46,073 bases of DNA from contig CALMFG010000102.1 in NCBI GenBank assembly GCA_937863465.1, forward strand, positions 1 through 46,073. The letters are read 5' to 3'. The notes beneath the pieces were generated by a model, which did no database searches, was not told the origin of the DNA, and was given only the letters and a program-made list of their open reading frames with translations. The stretch comes from an uncultured Clostridia bacterium. Its GTDB lineage: Bacteria; Bacillota; Clostridia; Christensenellales; CALMFG01. Below are positions 1 through 9,243 of this stretch, one piece after another (the stretch's first letter is position 1; the number at the start of each line of letters is the position of its first letter). The position numbers and the translations under genes are program-made.

Positions 1-49
1 CGGTTTTTAAGGTCCATGCGCCGCCTGCTTCTCAGCGGACAGCTTTAAT

Positions 50-78
50 ATATTACCACCCAGCCATGCCCTTGTCAA
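50..78 (-). promoter_or_regulatory. SigA-type promoter firing leftwards toward a gene that begins at the window edge
   Basis: The minus strand reads TTGACA (73-78), 17 nt, TAATAT (50-55). An ATG at 17-15 (minus; MDLKN...) runs off the left edge. Only 5 codons are visible, so the gene itself is not called. Confidence 0.4.
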
Positions 79-109
79 CTCTTATATTAAAGAATTTTTG
101 TGTCTTCCC

Positions 110-147
110 TGAAAAGAAAAGCCCCAATCCATCCACTGGTCGAGGCT
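110..147 (-). terminator. possible rho-independent terminator after the 353-aa membrane protein gene
   Basis: Minus-strand AGCCUC (147-142) pairs with GGGGCU (125-120), including one G-U. The loop is 16 nt and is followed by UUUUCUUUUC (119-110). The long loop makes this weak. Confidence 0.3.
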
Positions 148-176
148 GTATTACACATTGATATATCAATTCCGTT

Positions 177-1238
177 TCAGGCCTGGTATTCGTCCGAAAG
201 AACATTCTTCCGTGCCGCTTTCTGACGCTTTGAAAACAATCCGGCCAGAAGGAAAAATGCAATCCCAACGCCGAGAAAAATCAGACCTTTCTTCGCAATT
301 TCGTTGCCGACCGGCACAAGCAGCGTCTCCAGAGAAAAGGCCCCGGTCAATCCGGTCAGTTTCTCCGCATACAGCGCCCGAACCGGGTCCAGAAAGCGGA
401 TATCCGGCATGGACAGCGCCGCCCCCGACAGCAGGGCCGCCAGCGCGCCCAGCGTATACGCCCAGCCGTTTAAGCGGAACGCAACCGAAATACGCTTTAA
501 GTGCATTAACAGTAAAAGCGTCGTGAAAAAGCTGAGCGCCATCAGCGCGGGCATGACGCCCCTATGAAAAAGCGTCACCCATTTTCTAGCTTCTGCCAAA
601 TCCTTTTCCGCTTCCGCATTCCCCGTATAGACCATCACGTCCGTCACCGAAGTCATCATAAACGGCGCTTTCAAGGCCTCATTGGTATCAAACACCGCGC
701 GCATCGCCTGCTCCTTTAAGTCGCTGTTGATGTTCCCTTCCGCATCGGTAATCCCAAGCAAAACAAGGATTGCTTTACCTGCACCGTTAATTTCGAGTCC
801 AAGGATTGTCGTCAGCCGCTCCAGCGTCAGTCCGTCCGCCATCGCCGTGCGCAGCTCTTCGTATTTCGGTGTTAAATCAAAGGTGGGCAGCGCATCTGCT
901 TCACCGCTCAAATAGGCTGCGGTTCCCGACAAATTCTGTTTCAGCAGATCCACCACATAAGCACGGGTCAGCACTGTCTTCAGGCTCTCGTTCACCCAAA
1001 CCGCAATTTCCTCATCCAGATTCGGATCCTGTTGAACCGCCGCCGTGACCTGTTTTTCCACCTCATCCATCATCGCATCATAAACCGCGTCATAGGTGCC
1101 TGCCGCTTCCATTCTCTCGGTAAAAAAGGTCTCGGACAGCACCTGATGATCAACCGCCGACGCCACCGGATAGATCAATGCCAGCGCCATCACCAGCACT
1201 GCAAAAATGATTGAAAAGAGACCGTTGAATATCCGCAT
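177..1238 (-). CDS. hypothetical integral membrane protein (no family recognised)
   Basis: 353-aa ORF. It has an N-terminal hydrophobic helix (FSIIFAVLVMALALIYPVA), a long acidic/Ala-rich soluble middle, several C-terminal TM helices (LMALSFFTTLLLLM, AYTLGALAALLSGAAL, GLIFLGVGIAFFLLAGLF) and a basic tail (KRQKAARK). Confidence 0.7.
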   Translation of the reverse strand: MRIFNGLFSIIFAVLVMALALIYPVASAVDHQVLSETFFTERMEAAGTYDAVYDAMMDEVEKQVTAAVQQDPNLDEEIAVWVNESLKTVLTRAYVVDLLKQNLSGTAAYLSGEADALPTFDLTPKYEELRTAMADGLTLERLTTILGLEINGAGKAILVLLGITDAEGNINSDLKEQAMRAVFDTNEALKAPFMMTSVTDVMVYTGNAEAEKDLAEARKWVTLFHRGVMPALMALSFFTTLLLLMHLKRISVAFRLNGWAYTLGALAALLSGAALSMPDIRFLDPVRALYAEKLTGLTGAFSLETLLVPVGNEIAKKGLIFLGVGIAFFLLAGLFSKRQKAARKNVLSDEYQA

Positions 1239-1290
1239 GTCCTTTTGCCTTTCTTTGTTTGATGGAGATAATTATATCACATCTTCAACA

Positions 1291-1321
1291 GAAAATTAAA
1301 AGCCCGAGTTGCGCCCCGGGC
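1291..1321 (-). terminator. rho-independent terminator of hup
   Basis: Minus strand GCCCGGG (1321-1315) pairs with CUCGGGC (1308-1302), a 7-bp stem with one G-U. The loop is 6 nt (GCGCAA) and is followed by UUUUAAUUUUC. Confidence 0.6.
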
Positions 1322-1357
1322 CGTATCGCGTCTGTCGTGTTTTTTGTTCTGCTGAAA

Positions 1358-1633
1358 TCAGCCGTTGAATATGTCTTTGAAGCCTTTGCCCGCTTTAAAC
1401 GCCGGTGCTTTGGAAGCCGCAATTTCAATCTTCTCTTTGGTCTGCGGGTTCAGGCCCGTTCTGGCTGCTCTTTCCTTCACTTCGAAAGTGCCAAAGCCCA
1501 CCAGCTGGATCTTCTCGCCCTTCTTTAGCGTATCGGTAATCGTATCAACGAAAGCGCCGTATGCTTTTTCCGCATCCTTCTTGCTTAAGCCCGCTTTTTC
1601 GCTGAACACCGCAATAAAATCAGTTTTGTTCAT
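1358..1633 (-). CDS. hup: DNA-binding protein HU
   Basis: 91 aa. [24 protein letters not shown]...[38 protein letters not shown] is a near-canonical HU/IHF sequence. The gene has its own promoter and terminator. Confidence 0.95.
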   Translation of the reverse strand: MNKTDFIAVFSEKAGLSKKDAEKAYGAFVDTITDTLKKGEKIQLVGFGTFEVKERAARTGLNPQTKEKIEIAASKAPAFKAGKGFKDIFNG

Positions 1634-1692
1634 ATCCGTCCTCCAAGGTTCCTAAATGATTTTTCTTTGCTTCTTTTTTTGAAAGCTTGTCC

Positions 1693-1721
1693 ATTATAAG
1701 CAATTTTCCAGAAGATAGCAA
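1693..1721 (-). promoter_or_regulatory. SigA-type promoter of hup
   Basis: The minus strand reads TTGCTA (1721-1716), 17 nt, TATAAT (1698-1693), about 60 nt upstream of the hup ATG. Confidence 0.5.
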
Positions 1722-1737
1722 GCCCTTTTTGTTGGAA

Positions 1738-3180
1738 TTAACGTTCGTTTTTTGACTCGTTTTTGGCCTGTTCCCACAGCGCGTCCATCTCATTCAGCGT
1801 CATCTCGGCCAGATGCTGTCCTTTTGCTTCGGCCAGCTTTTCCATCGCGCTGAACCGCCGGATGAATTTCTCAACGCCCTCATACAGCACGGTTTCGCTC
1901 TCCAGCTTTAGGTGCCTGGCCAGATTGGTCACAGCAAACAGCACGTCGCCAAACTCGACGGTCGGGTCTTTTCCGGCCGCGATATCCTGCTTTAACTCAT
2001 CAAGTTCCTCATACACCTTTTCCAACGGTTGTGCCGGTCCGTCCCAATCGAACCCGCAGGCCGCGGCGCGCTTCTGAACCTTCTCGGCGCGCATCAGCAT
2101 GGGCATGGATTTGGGGACGTCCTCCAGATTGTGCCGGATGTTCTCGATGCCCTTTTCCTTGGCTTTAATCTTCTCCCAGTTTTTCAGCACCTTCTCGGAC
2201 GTGTCGGCCTCCACATCGCCGAAAACATGCGGATGACGGTTGATCATCTTTTTGCAGATGGCGGTGGAGATGTCCAGTGTGTCAAAATCGCTGTGCTCCT
2301 TGGCGATTTCGGCATGAAAGACCACCTGCAGCAGCACATCGCCGAGTTCGTCGTACAGCATATCCATGTCGTCCGCTTTTACCGCGTCGAACACCTCGTA
2401 GGCTTCTTCGACGAGATAGCGCTTTAGACTGTCGTGTGTCTGTTCGCGGTCCCAGGGGCATCCGTCCTTGGCCCGCAGGCGCGCCATGATATCGATGAGG
2501 TCGGCGAAAGAAAACCCCGTCTTGGCTTCCAGCACGGTCGGCGGAATATAGGCGCAGAACGAATAATCGTATTCGGTCTGTCTGTCCAGATCTTCCAGCT
2601 CAACCACCTCGGGCGCCTTGCCTTCCCGATAGATATAGATACGCATATCCTCGGCCAGCTGCCGAAGCAGATGAATCTTAATTTCACCGGCCAGGAACGC
2701 CGAATCGATTTCATAGATCAGCAAACCCTTTTTGCGGTCATAGCCGCCGTCGTAGGCCAGCGCGCTGACCAGCTCGATGCCGCGCGGCGCACCCGAGTCC
2801 CGCGCCGCCAGAGCCGGGCTCCAGACGTCCCCGCCGCAGGGCAGACCCGCGACGACTTCGATTCGGACACCTGCTTTTGCGGCTTTCTCGGCCGCGGCCT
2901 GCGCCAGCTGATTCTGCATCACATCCCCCAGCACACAGAAGACGATATCCGCGCCCTTTCCGGCCCCGATCAGCGTTTCCGCCACCTCGGATTTCAGTGT
3001 GTCAAAATCCTCGGCCATGGCAAAGGCGTCGTCAAACGCAGTATATTCCCGCCCAACTTCCCTGCCGAACGGAATCTGCGCCGTCTGCAAAAACAGCTTG
3101 GGTGCGTTTTTCACCGCATCCCAAGCCTTCAAGGTGATGTTCTCTTTTTTTCCATCGGCGATGCCGACAATTGTAATCAT
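1738..3180 (-). CDS. mazG: YabN-type fusion: tetrapyrrole-methylase-like domain plus tandem MazG nucleoside triphosphate pyrophosphohydrolase domains
   Basis: 480 aa. The C-terminal half carries two MazG repeats (EEAYEVFDAV...ELGDVLLQVVFHAEIA and EELDELKQDI...EFGDVLFAVTNLARHL). The N-terminal ~220 aa resembles the methylase-like domain of Firmicute YabN. It sits in the spoVB-like/mazG/hup synteny typical of Firmicutes. Confidence 0.9.
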   Translation of the reverse strand: MITIVGIADGKKENITLKAWDAVKNAPKLFLQTAQIPFGREVGREYTAFDDAFAMAEDFDTLKSEVAETLIGAGKGADIVFCVLGDVMQNQLAQAAAEKAAKAGVRIEVVAGLPCGGDVWSPALAARDSGAPRGIELVSALAYDGGYDRKKGLLIYEIDSAFLAGEIKIHLLRQLAEDMRIYIYREGKAPEVVELEDLDRQTEYDYSFCAYIPPTVLEAKTGFSFADLIDIMARLRAKDGCPWDREQTHDSLKRYLVEEAYEVFDAVKADDMDMLYDELGDVLLQVVFHAEIAKEHSDFDTLDISTAICKKMINRHPHVFGDVEADTSEKVLKNWEKIKAKEKGIENIRHNLEDVPKSMPMLMRAEKVQKRAAACGFDWDGPAQPLEKVYEELDELKQDIAAGKDPTVEFGDVLFAVTNLARHLKLESETVLYEGVEKFIRRFSAMEKLAEAKGQHLAEMTLNEMDALWEQAKNESKNER

Positions 3181-3216
3181 CTTTTTTCCTTCTATTCTAT
3201 ATATACAAAATTCCGT

Positions 3217-4794
3217 CTATTTGCCGCGAATGGCCGCCATCTCCTGTTTGGTGACTGTTTTGGTCAAAAGCAGTGCTCCGCCGTATACGACGACACCGGC
3301 CAGAATGGCCGCCAGCGCCGAGACCGTATTGCTTGTGGTGATGCCAAAAAGGAAAGGATACAGGAAGTAGACCACCACCCCCATCACCACGCTGCACCCC
3401 ACGGGCTTGATGATTTGATTCAGCCAGTCGATGCGCATCCCCGTGTGCCGGATGACCGCGATGACGTCCAGTATCGCCGCGACCGAATAGCACGCCACTG
3501 TGCCCAGCGCCGCGCCCTTAACGTTGATTTCGGGAATCCGAATCAGCAGCAGTGATATGACCACCTTGACCACCGCGCCAATCGCCAGATTGATGACCGG
3601 CACCTGTACTTTGCCGACCCCCTGCAAAATGCCGGTCATGGTTTGCAGCAGCGTCAAAACGATAACGCCCGCCGACATGATGATCAGCAATATTGCGGTC
3701 TCATCCAGCTTCTGTCCTTCCAGGTTATGATAGAGCAGATGGATAATCGGCTTGGCCAGCAGGATGTAACCCATCGCCGCGGGCAAACCAACCAGCAAAG
3801 CGATTTTTAGTCCCATGCCGGACTGCTCCCGAAGCTTCTCGGTTTCTCCCTTTTTCTTATAGGAGGAGATCGCAGGCACCAGACTCATGGCCAGCGCCAA
3901 GGACAGCACGGCTGGCATATTGATCAGCGAATTGACATAGCCCGACAGCAGCGCAAATTTATCGGCCGCCGCCTCGTGCGCGAATCCGATATTTTCAAGC
4001 CCGCGCACCACGATGACGCTGTCAATCCACATGACGATGGGCATCACGCACGCGCCGATCATGATGGGGATGGCGATAATCAAAAGCTCTTTTAAAAGTG
4101 CCCGCTGTCGGATCGTCGGAATCGATGGATTTGTCTGCGCAATTTCCAAATCGAAGTTCGGCTTCTTTGTGTAGTAGATGATTAAAAGCAAACCCAGCGC
4201 CAGCACTTCGGAGACCGAAACACCGATCAGCGCGCCCATGGCTCCGTACTGCGGCCCCAACGGCAGAAGGCGCTTGGCCAGCCACAGGCCGACAAAGAGT
4301 TTGCCGAGCTGTTCAACCAGCTGGGAAAAACCCGTGGGCGACATCATCTGCATGCCCTGAAAGTATCCGCGGTAGGCCGAGATGATTGCCACAAAAAACA
4401 GCGCAGGCGCAATCGCCATATACGTGACGCTGGCTTCGGGCATGCCTTGCGCTTTGGCCAGAACGCCGCTGATGGCAAACAGCAGGGCTGTGGTGAAAAC
4501 GCCCAATACCAGCAGGAGCTTTAACGAAGTGGTAAACACCTGTTTGGCGCCGGCGTAGTCATCCACCGCGCGCCGCTCGGAAACCATTTTTGCGATGGCT
4601 ACCGGCATACCCGCCGAAGAGATGACCAAAAGCAGGGCATAGGTCGGGTAGACGATCGAATAATTCGCCATGCCTTGCGTGTCGATGATGTTGGCCAGCG
4701 GGATGCGGAACACAGCGCCGATGACCTTGACAACCAGCCCGATGATGCCCAGCACCGCCGCGCCTTTAACAAAATTTTTGGTTTTATTGCTCAT
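3217..4794 (-). CDS. MOP-superfamily polysaccharide biosynthesis protein / SpoVB-MurJ-type lipid-linked oligosaccharide flippase
   Basis: 525 aa and about 14 predicted TM helices. The N-terminus KGAAVLGIIGLVVKVIGAVFRIPLANIID..GMANYSIVYPTYALLLVISSAGMPVAIAKMVSE is typical of the SpoVB/YabM family. It lies only 36 nt upstream of mazG with no terminator, so the two are probably an operon. Confidence 0.85.
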   Translation of the reverse strand: MSNKTKNFVKGAAVLGIIGLVVKVIGAVFRIPLANIIDTQGMANYSIVYPTYALLLVISSAGMPVAIAKMVSERRAVDDYAGAKQVFTTSLKLLLVLGVFTTALLFAISGVLAKAQGMPEASVTYMAIAPALFFVAIISAYRGYFQGMQMMSPTGFSQLVEQLGKLFVGLWLAKRLLPLGPQYGAMGALIGVSVSEVLALGLLLIIYYTKKPNFDLEIAQTNPSIPTIRQRALLKELLIIAIPIMIGACVMPIVMWIDSVIVVRGLENIGFAHEAAADKFALLSGYVNSLINMPAVLSLALAMSLVPAISSYKKKGETEKLREQSGMGLKIALLVGLPAAMGYILLAKPIIHLLYHNLEGQKLDETAILLIIMSAGVIVLTLLQTMTGILQGVGKVQVPVINLAIGAVVKVVISLLLIRIPEINVKGAALGTVACYSVAAILDVIAVIRHTGMRIDWLNQIIKPVGCSVVMGVVVYFLYPFLFGITTSNTVSALAAILAGVVVYGGALLLTKTVTKQEMAAIRGK

Positions 4795-4880
4795 ATGAGA
4801 ATTTGCGGCGTCACACCGCTTCCTTTCGTGCGATAAACTTTTCGTTACCCATTATATATGAGCGCGTCTATGCTGGCAAG

Positions 4881-4918
4881 AAAACAAAAATCGACCGATA
4901 GATGTGTCTTCGGCCGAT
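4881..4918 (-). terminator. rho-independent terminator of the LRR protein gene
   Basis: Minus strand AUCGGCCGA (4918-4910) pairs with UCGGUCGAU (4898-4890), 9 bp with one G-U. The loop is 11 nt and is followed by UUUUUGUUUU (4889-4881). Confidence 0.65.
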
Positions 4919-4947
4919 TTCAGATATGTCGAAACCTGTCTAAGTCC

Positions 4948-7900
4948 TCATGGTGCAGCATCCCCGTACAGCCCGATGGGTGCACTAACCGCTGATACGG
5001 CATCAATCGTGGTTCGTCCCAGTGACCGCACCTGTACGGAAAACTCATATTCGCCTTTGATGGGTGGGACAAACGTGATGCTGCTCTGCGGTGTAAATTT
5101 AGTGCCGGCATACAGCCATCGGGTGGTTCCCGCTTTTCGGTACAAAAAGCGATATTCACAAACCACCGCCTCTCCGCGCCGAAGCCCCTGCGCCGACAGC
5201 ACAGCGCCCAGGCCGCTTGCATCCGCCTCGGCCGTCAGTTCGGCCAGGTCGGCCGGAAAAACCAAAAACCGCCGGATGAGCATCGCTTCTGAAACCGCGT
5301 CACTGCCGGTTCTGTCCTCGGTCCGCACTCCCACTTTCAGATAGCAAACCGCGTCCTTTTTAATCACCGGCAGGGCAATGGGCTCTGCCCCGTCGTATTC
5401 CCCAAAGCCGTACCCCGGAAGCGTTTTGTAGGTTCTTCCGTTGGTCGAATATAACACACAGTATTCCAACGATTGATAGCGTTCGTCTTCGCAAGGGGTC
5501 CCGATGACCGTCAGGTCTACGCTTTCGTTCGCCAGATATTCTGTTTCTCCCGCAAGCGTTTCCGCGTTGACACCTAACGCCGGAATGGCTCCGAAATATA
5601 CCTGAACGCCGATGATTTCGTCAACCGCCTGCGTCGCCGTAAATCCGCCGGCTTTGGCCTCCACCCTGAAATCATACTTCCCTTCCTTCTTGAGGACCGC
5701 TGAGATTTTTCGATTGTAGGAAAAGTTTTTGTTGATATATGTCCACGCTTTCACGCCCGAAAGACGGTACGCAAACCGATATTCGGCGTGCGCCAGCACC
5801 GCGTCTGTGTTCAGCGCCTCGGCCTCCAGCACAATGCCGGATGAAGACTGCACAGCGGGCGTTTCAATCGGGGTCAGCGCGACTTGCGTCACCGGGCTCC
5901 CCACGCTGACGCTGATATTATTGATCTGATAAATATCCTCGCTTTTTCGTCCTTCTGTTTTGACCGCCACGCGAATCTGATATCCTAAATTCAATTTGTT
6001 GGATGGGATGAACACCTCATCTACAACGCTGGTCTCCCCGTCCTGCGGCGCATATTCCTTCCATCCCGTCAGCGCGGTAAAGCGCGTCGTTCCGGCTTTG
6101 GCATACTGAATCTGATACCGGGTGATCTGTTCCGGCCGTCCTTCGGTCAGCCGAATATCCAGTCCAACAGCTTCACCGTATTTAAAGTCTGTTTTCTCCA
6201 TCGTCACGCGCAGATCCGAAGCCGGAACCGCACCTAAATACACCATAACCGGCTGGGACACGTATAGGGCATCCACGCCCGTGCGGCCCACGCTTCGCGT
6301 CTCCACTTTAAGCGTATAGTTTCCTTCGGCCTTGGGGTTAAACTTCGCGGTTGAACTGCTGTTCCAATCGCGGAATTTCTGGTAAGTTCTGTTGTTGTAT
6401 GCGTAGTAGAAACAATATTGCCGGGATGTATTATAGCCAGGCCAGTCTTCGGCCGCTGCGCCCAGCCAGACCCCTCCGGTCGGTGACACAATCACCGTAC
6501 CTAAGTCGGCGAAGACAACGCCCTTGACTGGGACAATGCGATAGACCGACGCCGTACACTCCGCGCGGGTATCCGCCGTCTCCCGGCCTTCGGCACGCAA
6601 GCTGAGCCGGAAGGTGTACTTTCCTTCGGCCATTTTCTCGGGCAATGTAAAAATCACCTGCCCGCCCAAACCAGAAAGCGCCACCGGACTGCTCCACGCG
6701 CTGCTGGTGTTTATCCAAGTCAAGCCGTCGCGGCTGTATTCCACTTGAGTTTCCACAGCGCGTCCGCCTAAATCTGCATCGGTTTCAAAGGTCATCGTCA
6801 CGTTTTCGCCCGTTTTCAGCACATTTTTTTCAAGCGCCAGCGACGTGATTTCGCTGACCGGATAAGATCCGAAATAGAGCGCGCTGTAAGCGGTCTCGCA
6901 TGCCGTTTCCGAAACGGCTGCCGAGCGTGTTTTGGCTTCGGCCAAAAAGCGATATTCGCCTTCTGTCGGCAGGTCCAGGGTGACCGCAAAAGTGCCGTCG
7001 TCATCGCAGGGCATAAACGCCGATGAGACATAGTGCCACCAGATTTCGCCCTTTTTTTGATACGCAATCCGAACATCCGCATTCGGCGCATCCTGTCCGT
7101 GCTTGGCCGCGCTTCCTGAAACAACCACCCCGTCATCCATCAGCGCCGATTCGGGCAATGCGTCCAATACGACGCTGTCCATCGGCAGGTCGTCAGGCAA
7201 ATATTGAATCCGAAGGCCCTCCGCCGAAAAACGTTCATCCGCACCCGAGCCATAATACGTTTCAATGACAATATTCGATGTGTTCTGAAAGACGTTTTCA
7301 CCAAATCCGGTTTCCGTTCCCAAAATCATGACTTGTCTTAATCCGGTACAATCCAAAAAGGCCCCATCGCCCACGCTGACAACGCCCGCCGGTATCGAAA
7401 TTTCGGTCAGCGACCGGCAGGCTTCAAACGCGCCCGCGCCAATCTCAGCGAGCGTATCGGGCAGTGTGACTGTCGTCATGGCCGCTTTGTTGTAGAAAGC
7501 GCCGTCGCCGATTTTTGTGACGGCGATGGGCACAATCACATGGGCATCCTGCCCGAAGTATCGAATCAGAACGCCGTTGTCGATAAGAAACGGGTCATCC
7601 AAATCCCCGACCAGCTCATAATCTATTCCTTTTTCTACCGCATATTCAAACGCCTTGGATTGATAATAGCATTGAATCACAAGCCCCAAGCATTCGCCAA
7701 ACGCATCCGCACCCATTTCATCCACCCCGTGCGGAATATAGACGACAGCATTGTTTAGCGCGCCGTAAAAAGCCCTGTCGCCCATGCTGACCAGCGTTTC
7801 GGGCAGTGCCAGCGAAACAAGTGCCGTATCGCGAAAAGCGTCCGCACCGATTGTTGTGACCGATTCCGGCAAGGCAACTCCGGTCAGCGCAGTGCATCCG

Positions 7901-9117
7901 TCAAAAGCGCCCGTGCCGATTTCCGTCAATCCGTCTTTCAGCGTCACGTTTTCCAATGCCGCGGCGTTTTTCAGTACTTTTGTGCCGGTTGTCGACATTT
8001 TGTTGGAAAACTCAAAATCGGTCATCCGGCCGCATTCCGCGAAAGCCGCGTCCCCCAGCCACGCGACACCCTCGGGCAGCGCCACATGAGTCAGCCCTGA
8101 GCATCCGTAAAACGCCTGCATGCCGATTCCCACAAGTCCGCTGCCGGACGGCAGGGCCGCAAGCCCGGTACAGCCCGAAAACGCTTGATCCGAGATGACC
8201 ATAATACTGTCGGGAAGCGTGATATCCGACAGTGACGTACACTCCCGAAACGCGCCTTCGGGTACCGCCGAAAAACTGCCGGCCAGGGAAACCGCCGCCA
8301 AACGATGGCATCCCGAAAACGCGTCTGCGCCCAGCAATCTTAAATCGGTCGGCACCGTGAAGTCTTCAAGGTTTTCACACCCGCTGAAAGCTGAGGGCTG
8401 GATATTTGTCACTTCCGATGCCGCGCTCAGCGTCACCAGGTTCAGGTTATCCGCAAAGGCAAAAGCGCCGATTTCCGTGACCCCTTCGGGCAATGTCACC
8501 TCTGCATCGCTTCCGGTATAGCTGACCAGCACGTTTCCGTCCAGCACAAAATCACCCTGCTCCGAATACACAACGGGCACCCCCGTCGCGCCGATCAGCG
8601 TGGCATAGGTGGCGATTAACGAATTTTCAGGACAATAGATGGTCAGCGCGCCGCAGTATCTGAAGCACTCGGTACCAATCGACGTCAGATGTTCATAGGC
8701 GGTCAAGACGCTTAATCCCGTGCAGTTATAAAACGTTTGGGCGCCCAGAGTGGTCAGCGCGCGCGGCAAATCGGCCTCAGAAAGCGCTGTGCAGTTCTTA
8801 AACGCGGCGTTTTGAATATCGGTAAGGCCGGATGGGAAATTAATCGCTCGCAGTGATGTACAGCCCTCAAAAGCCGAGGCGTCGATATGCGTCACCGTGT
8901 CGGGCAGAATGACCTCTGTGACGTTTAAATTTTGGTAAAATGCCTTTTCTCCGATGCGGGTGACACCTTCCGGCACCGTCACCACCGCTTCGTTTCCGGT
9001 GTAGGTCGTCAGCGTGGTCTTTGAAATATCAAATGCTTCTCCGGCAAAAACCGGCCAGGAAAAAAGCAAAAGAAAAACGGCGACACATGCCCCCGCCACA
9101 TTGCGCAGTGTTTTCAT
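4948..9117 (-). CDS. secreted BspA-type leucine-rich-repeat protein with seven C-terminal Y_Y_Y-like (triple-tyrosine) beta-sandwich modules
   Basis: The ORF track gives 4948..9156. I place the start at ATG 9117 (MKTLRNVAG...) because AAGAGGAA lies 5 nt upstream and this start yields a signal peptide (...LLLFSWPVFAGEAF). Residues ~40-640 are three blocks of LRR_5/BspA-type repeats (e.g. GVTRIGEKAFYQNLNVTEVILPDTVTHIDASAFEGCTSLRAINFP). The last ~750 aa are seven ~100-aa modules such as AEYRFAYRLSGVKAWTYINKNFSYNRKISAVLKKEGKYDFRVEAKA and CEYRFLYRKAGTTRWLYAGTKFTPQSSITFVPPIKGEYEFSVQVRS. There is no C-terminal TM helix or LPXTG. Confidence 0.85.
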   Translation of the reverse strand: MKTLRNVAGACVAVFLLLFSWPVFAGEAFDISKTTLTTYTGNEAVVTVPEGVTRIGEKAFYQNLNVTEVILPDTVTHIDASAFEGCTSLRAINFPSGLTDIQNAAFKNCTALSEADLPRALTTLGAQTFYNCTGLSVLTAYEHLTSIGTECFRYCGALTIYCPENSLIATYATLIGATGVPVVYSEQGDFVLDGNVLVSYTGSDAEVTLPEGVTEIGAFAFADNLNLVTLSAASEVTNIQPSAFSGCENLEDFTVPTDLRLLGADAFSGCHRLAAVSLAGSFSAVPEGAFRECTSLSDITLPDSIMVISDQAFSGCTGLAALPSGSGLVGIGMQAFYGCSGLTHVALPEGVAWLGDAAFAECGRMTDFEFSNKMSTTGTKVLKNAAALENVTLKDGLTEIGTGAFDGCTALTGVALPESVTTIGADAFRDTALVSLALPETLVSMGDRAFYGALNNAVVYIPHGVDEMGADAFGECLGLVIQCYYQSKAFEYAVEKGIDYELVGDLDDPFLIDNGVLIRYFGQDAHVIVPIAVTKIGDGAFYNKAAMTTVTLPDTLAEIGAGAFEACRSLTEISIPAGVVSVGDGAFLDCTGLRQVMILGTETGFGENVFQNTSNIVIETYYGSGADERFSAEGLRIQYLPDDLPMDSVVLDALPESALMDDGVVVSGSAAKHGQDAPNADVRIAYQKKGEIWWHYVSSAFMPCDDDGTFAVTLDLPTEGEYRFLAEAKTRSAAVSETACETAYSALYFGSYPVSEITSLALEKNVLKTGENVTMTFETDADLGGRAVETQVEYSRDGLTWINTSSAWSSPVALSGLGGQVIFTLPEKMAEGKYTFRLSLRAEGRETADTRAECTASVYRIVPVKGVVFADLGTVIVSPTGGVWLGAAAEDWPGYNTSRQYCFYYAYNNRTYQKFRDWNSSSTAKFNPKAEGNYTLKVETRSVGRTGVDALYVSQPVMVYLGAVPASDLRVTMEKTDFKYGEAVGLDIRLTEGRPEQITRYQIQYAKAGTTRFTALTGWKEYAPQDGETSVVDEVFIPSNKLNLGYQIRVAVKTEGRKSEDIYQINNISVSVGSPVTQVALTPIETPAVQSSSGIVLEAEALNTDAVLAHAEYRFAYRLSGVKAWTYINKNFSYNRKISAVLKKEGKYDFRVEAKAGGFTATQAVDEIIGVQVYFGAIPALGVNAETLAGETEYLANESVDLTVIGTPCEDERYQSLEYCVLYSTNGRTYKTLPGYGFGEYDGAEPIALPVIKKDAVCYLKVGVRTEDRTGSDAVSEAMLIRRFLVFPADLAELTAEADASGLGAVLSAQGLRRGEAVVCEYRFLYRKAGTTRWLYAGTKFTPQSSITFVPPIKGEYEFSVQVRSLGRTTIDAVSAVSAPIGLYGDAAP

Positions 9118-9199
9118 CGAATTCCTCTTAAATATATATTTTAGTATTATAGTCATTCTATCACAATAGTGATATTTTTAAAGAGGTTTTCCTTTAAAT

Positions 9200-9228
9200 A
9201 TAAAAAACCTTTCCGAATGCCGGAAAGG
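9200..9228 (-). terminator. rho-independent terminator of the hydantoinase gene
   Basis: A perfect 8-bp stem, CCTTTCCG (9208-9215) with CGGAAAGG (9221-9228), and a 5-nt loop. On the minus strand it is followed by UUUUUU (9207-9202). Confidence 0.7.
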
Positions 9229-9243
9229 TCTTTGATTGTTTAT

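Noticed and set aside
53-526. ORFs 53-268 (-) and 158-526 (+) at the left end, plus a stop-free plus-strand frame running from the edge to 161
   Set aside because: They overlap the membrane-protein gene or the promoter/terminator signals. The translations look random and no RBS is present. The edge frame is too short to judge.
2434-3555. 373-aa plus-strand ORF spanning the mazG N-terminus, the intergenic gap and the flippase C-terminus
   Set aside because: It is antisense to two well-supported genes. The translation is low-complexity and Arg/Gly/His/Pro-rich with no recognisable motif or RBS. This is a typical shadow ORF in GC-rich DNA.
9118-9156. Longer 5' extensions offered by the ORF track (9156 for the LRR gene, 10671 hydantoinase, 14623 Mo subunit, 16531 fused hydroxylase, 23788 arsR, 29581 mtrB, 39584 addB)
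   Set aside because: In each case a downstream start has a better Shine-Dalgarno sequence and gives the canonical N-terminus or signal peptide. Several of the extensions overlap promoters or terminators. Starts remain predictions.
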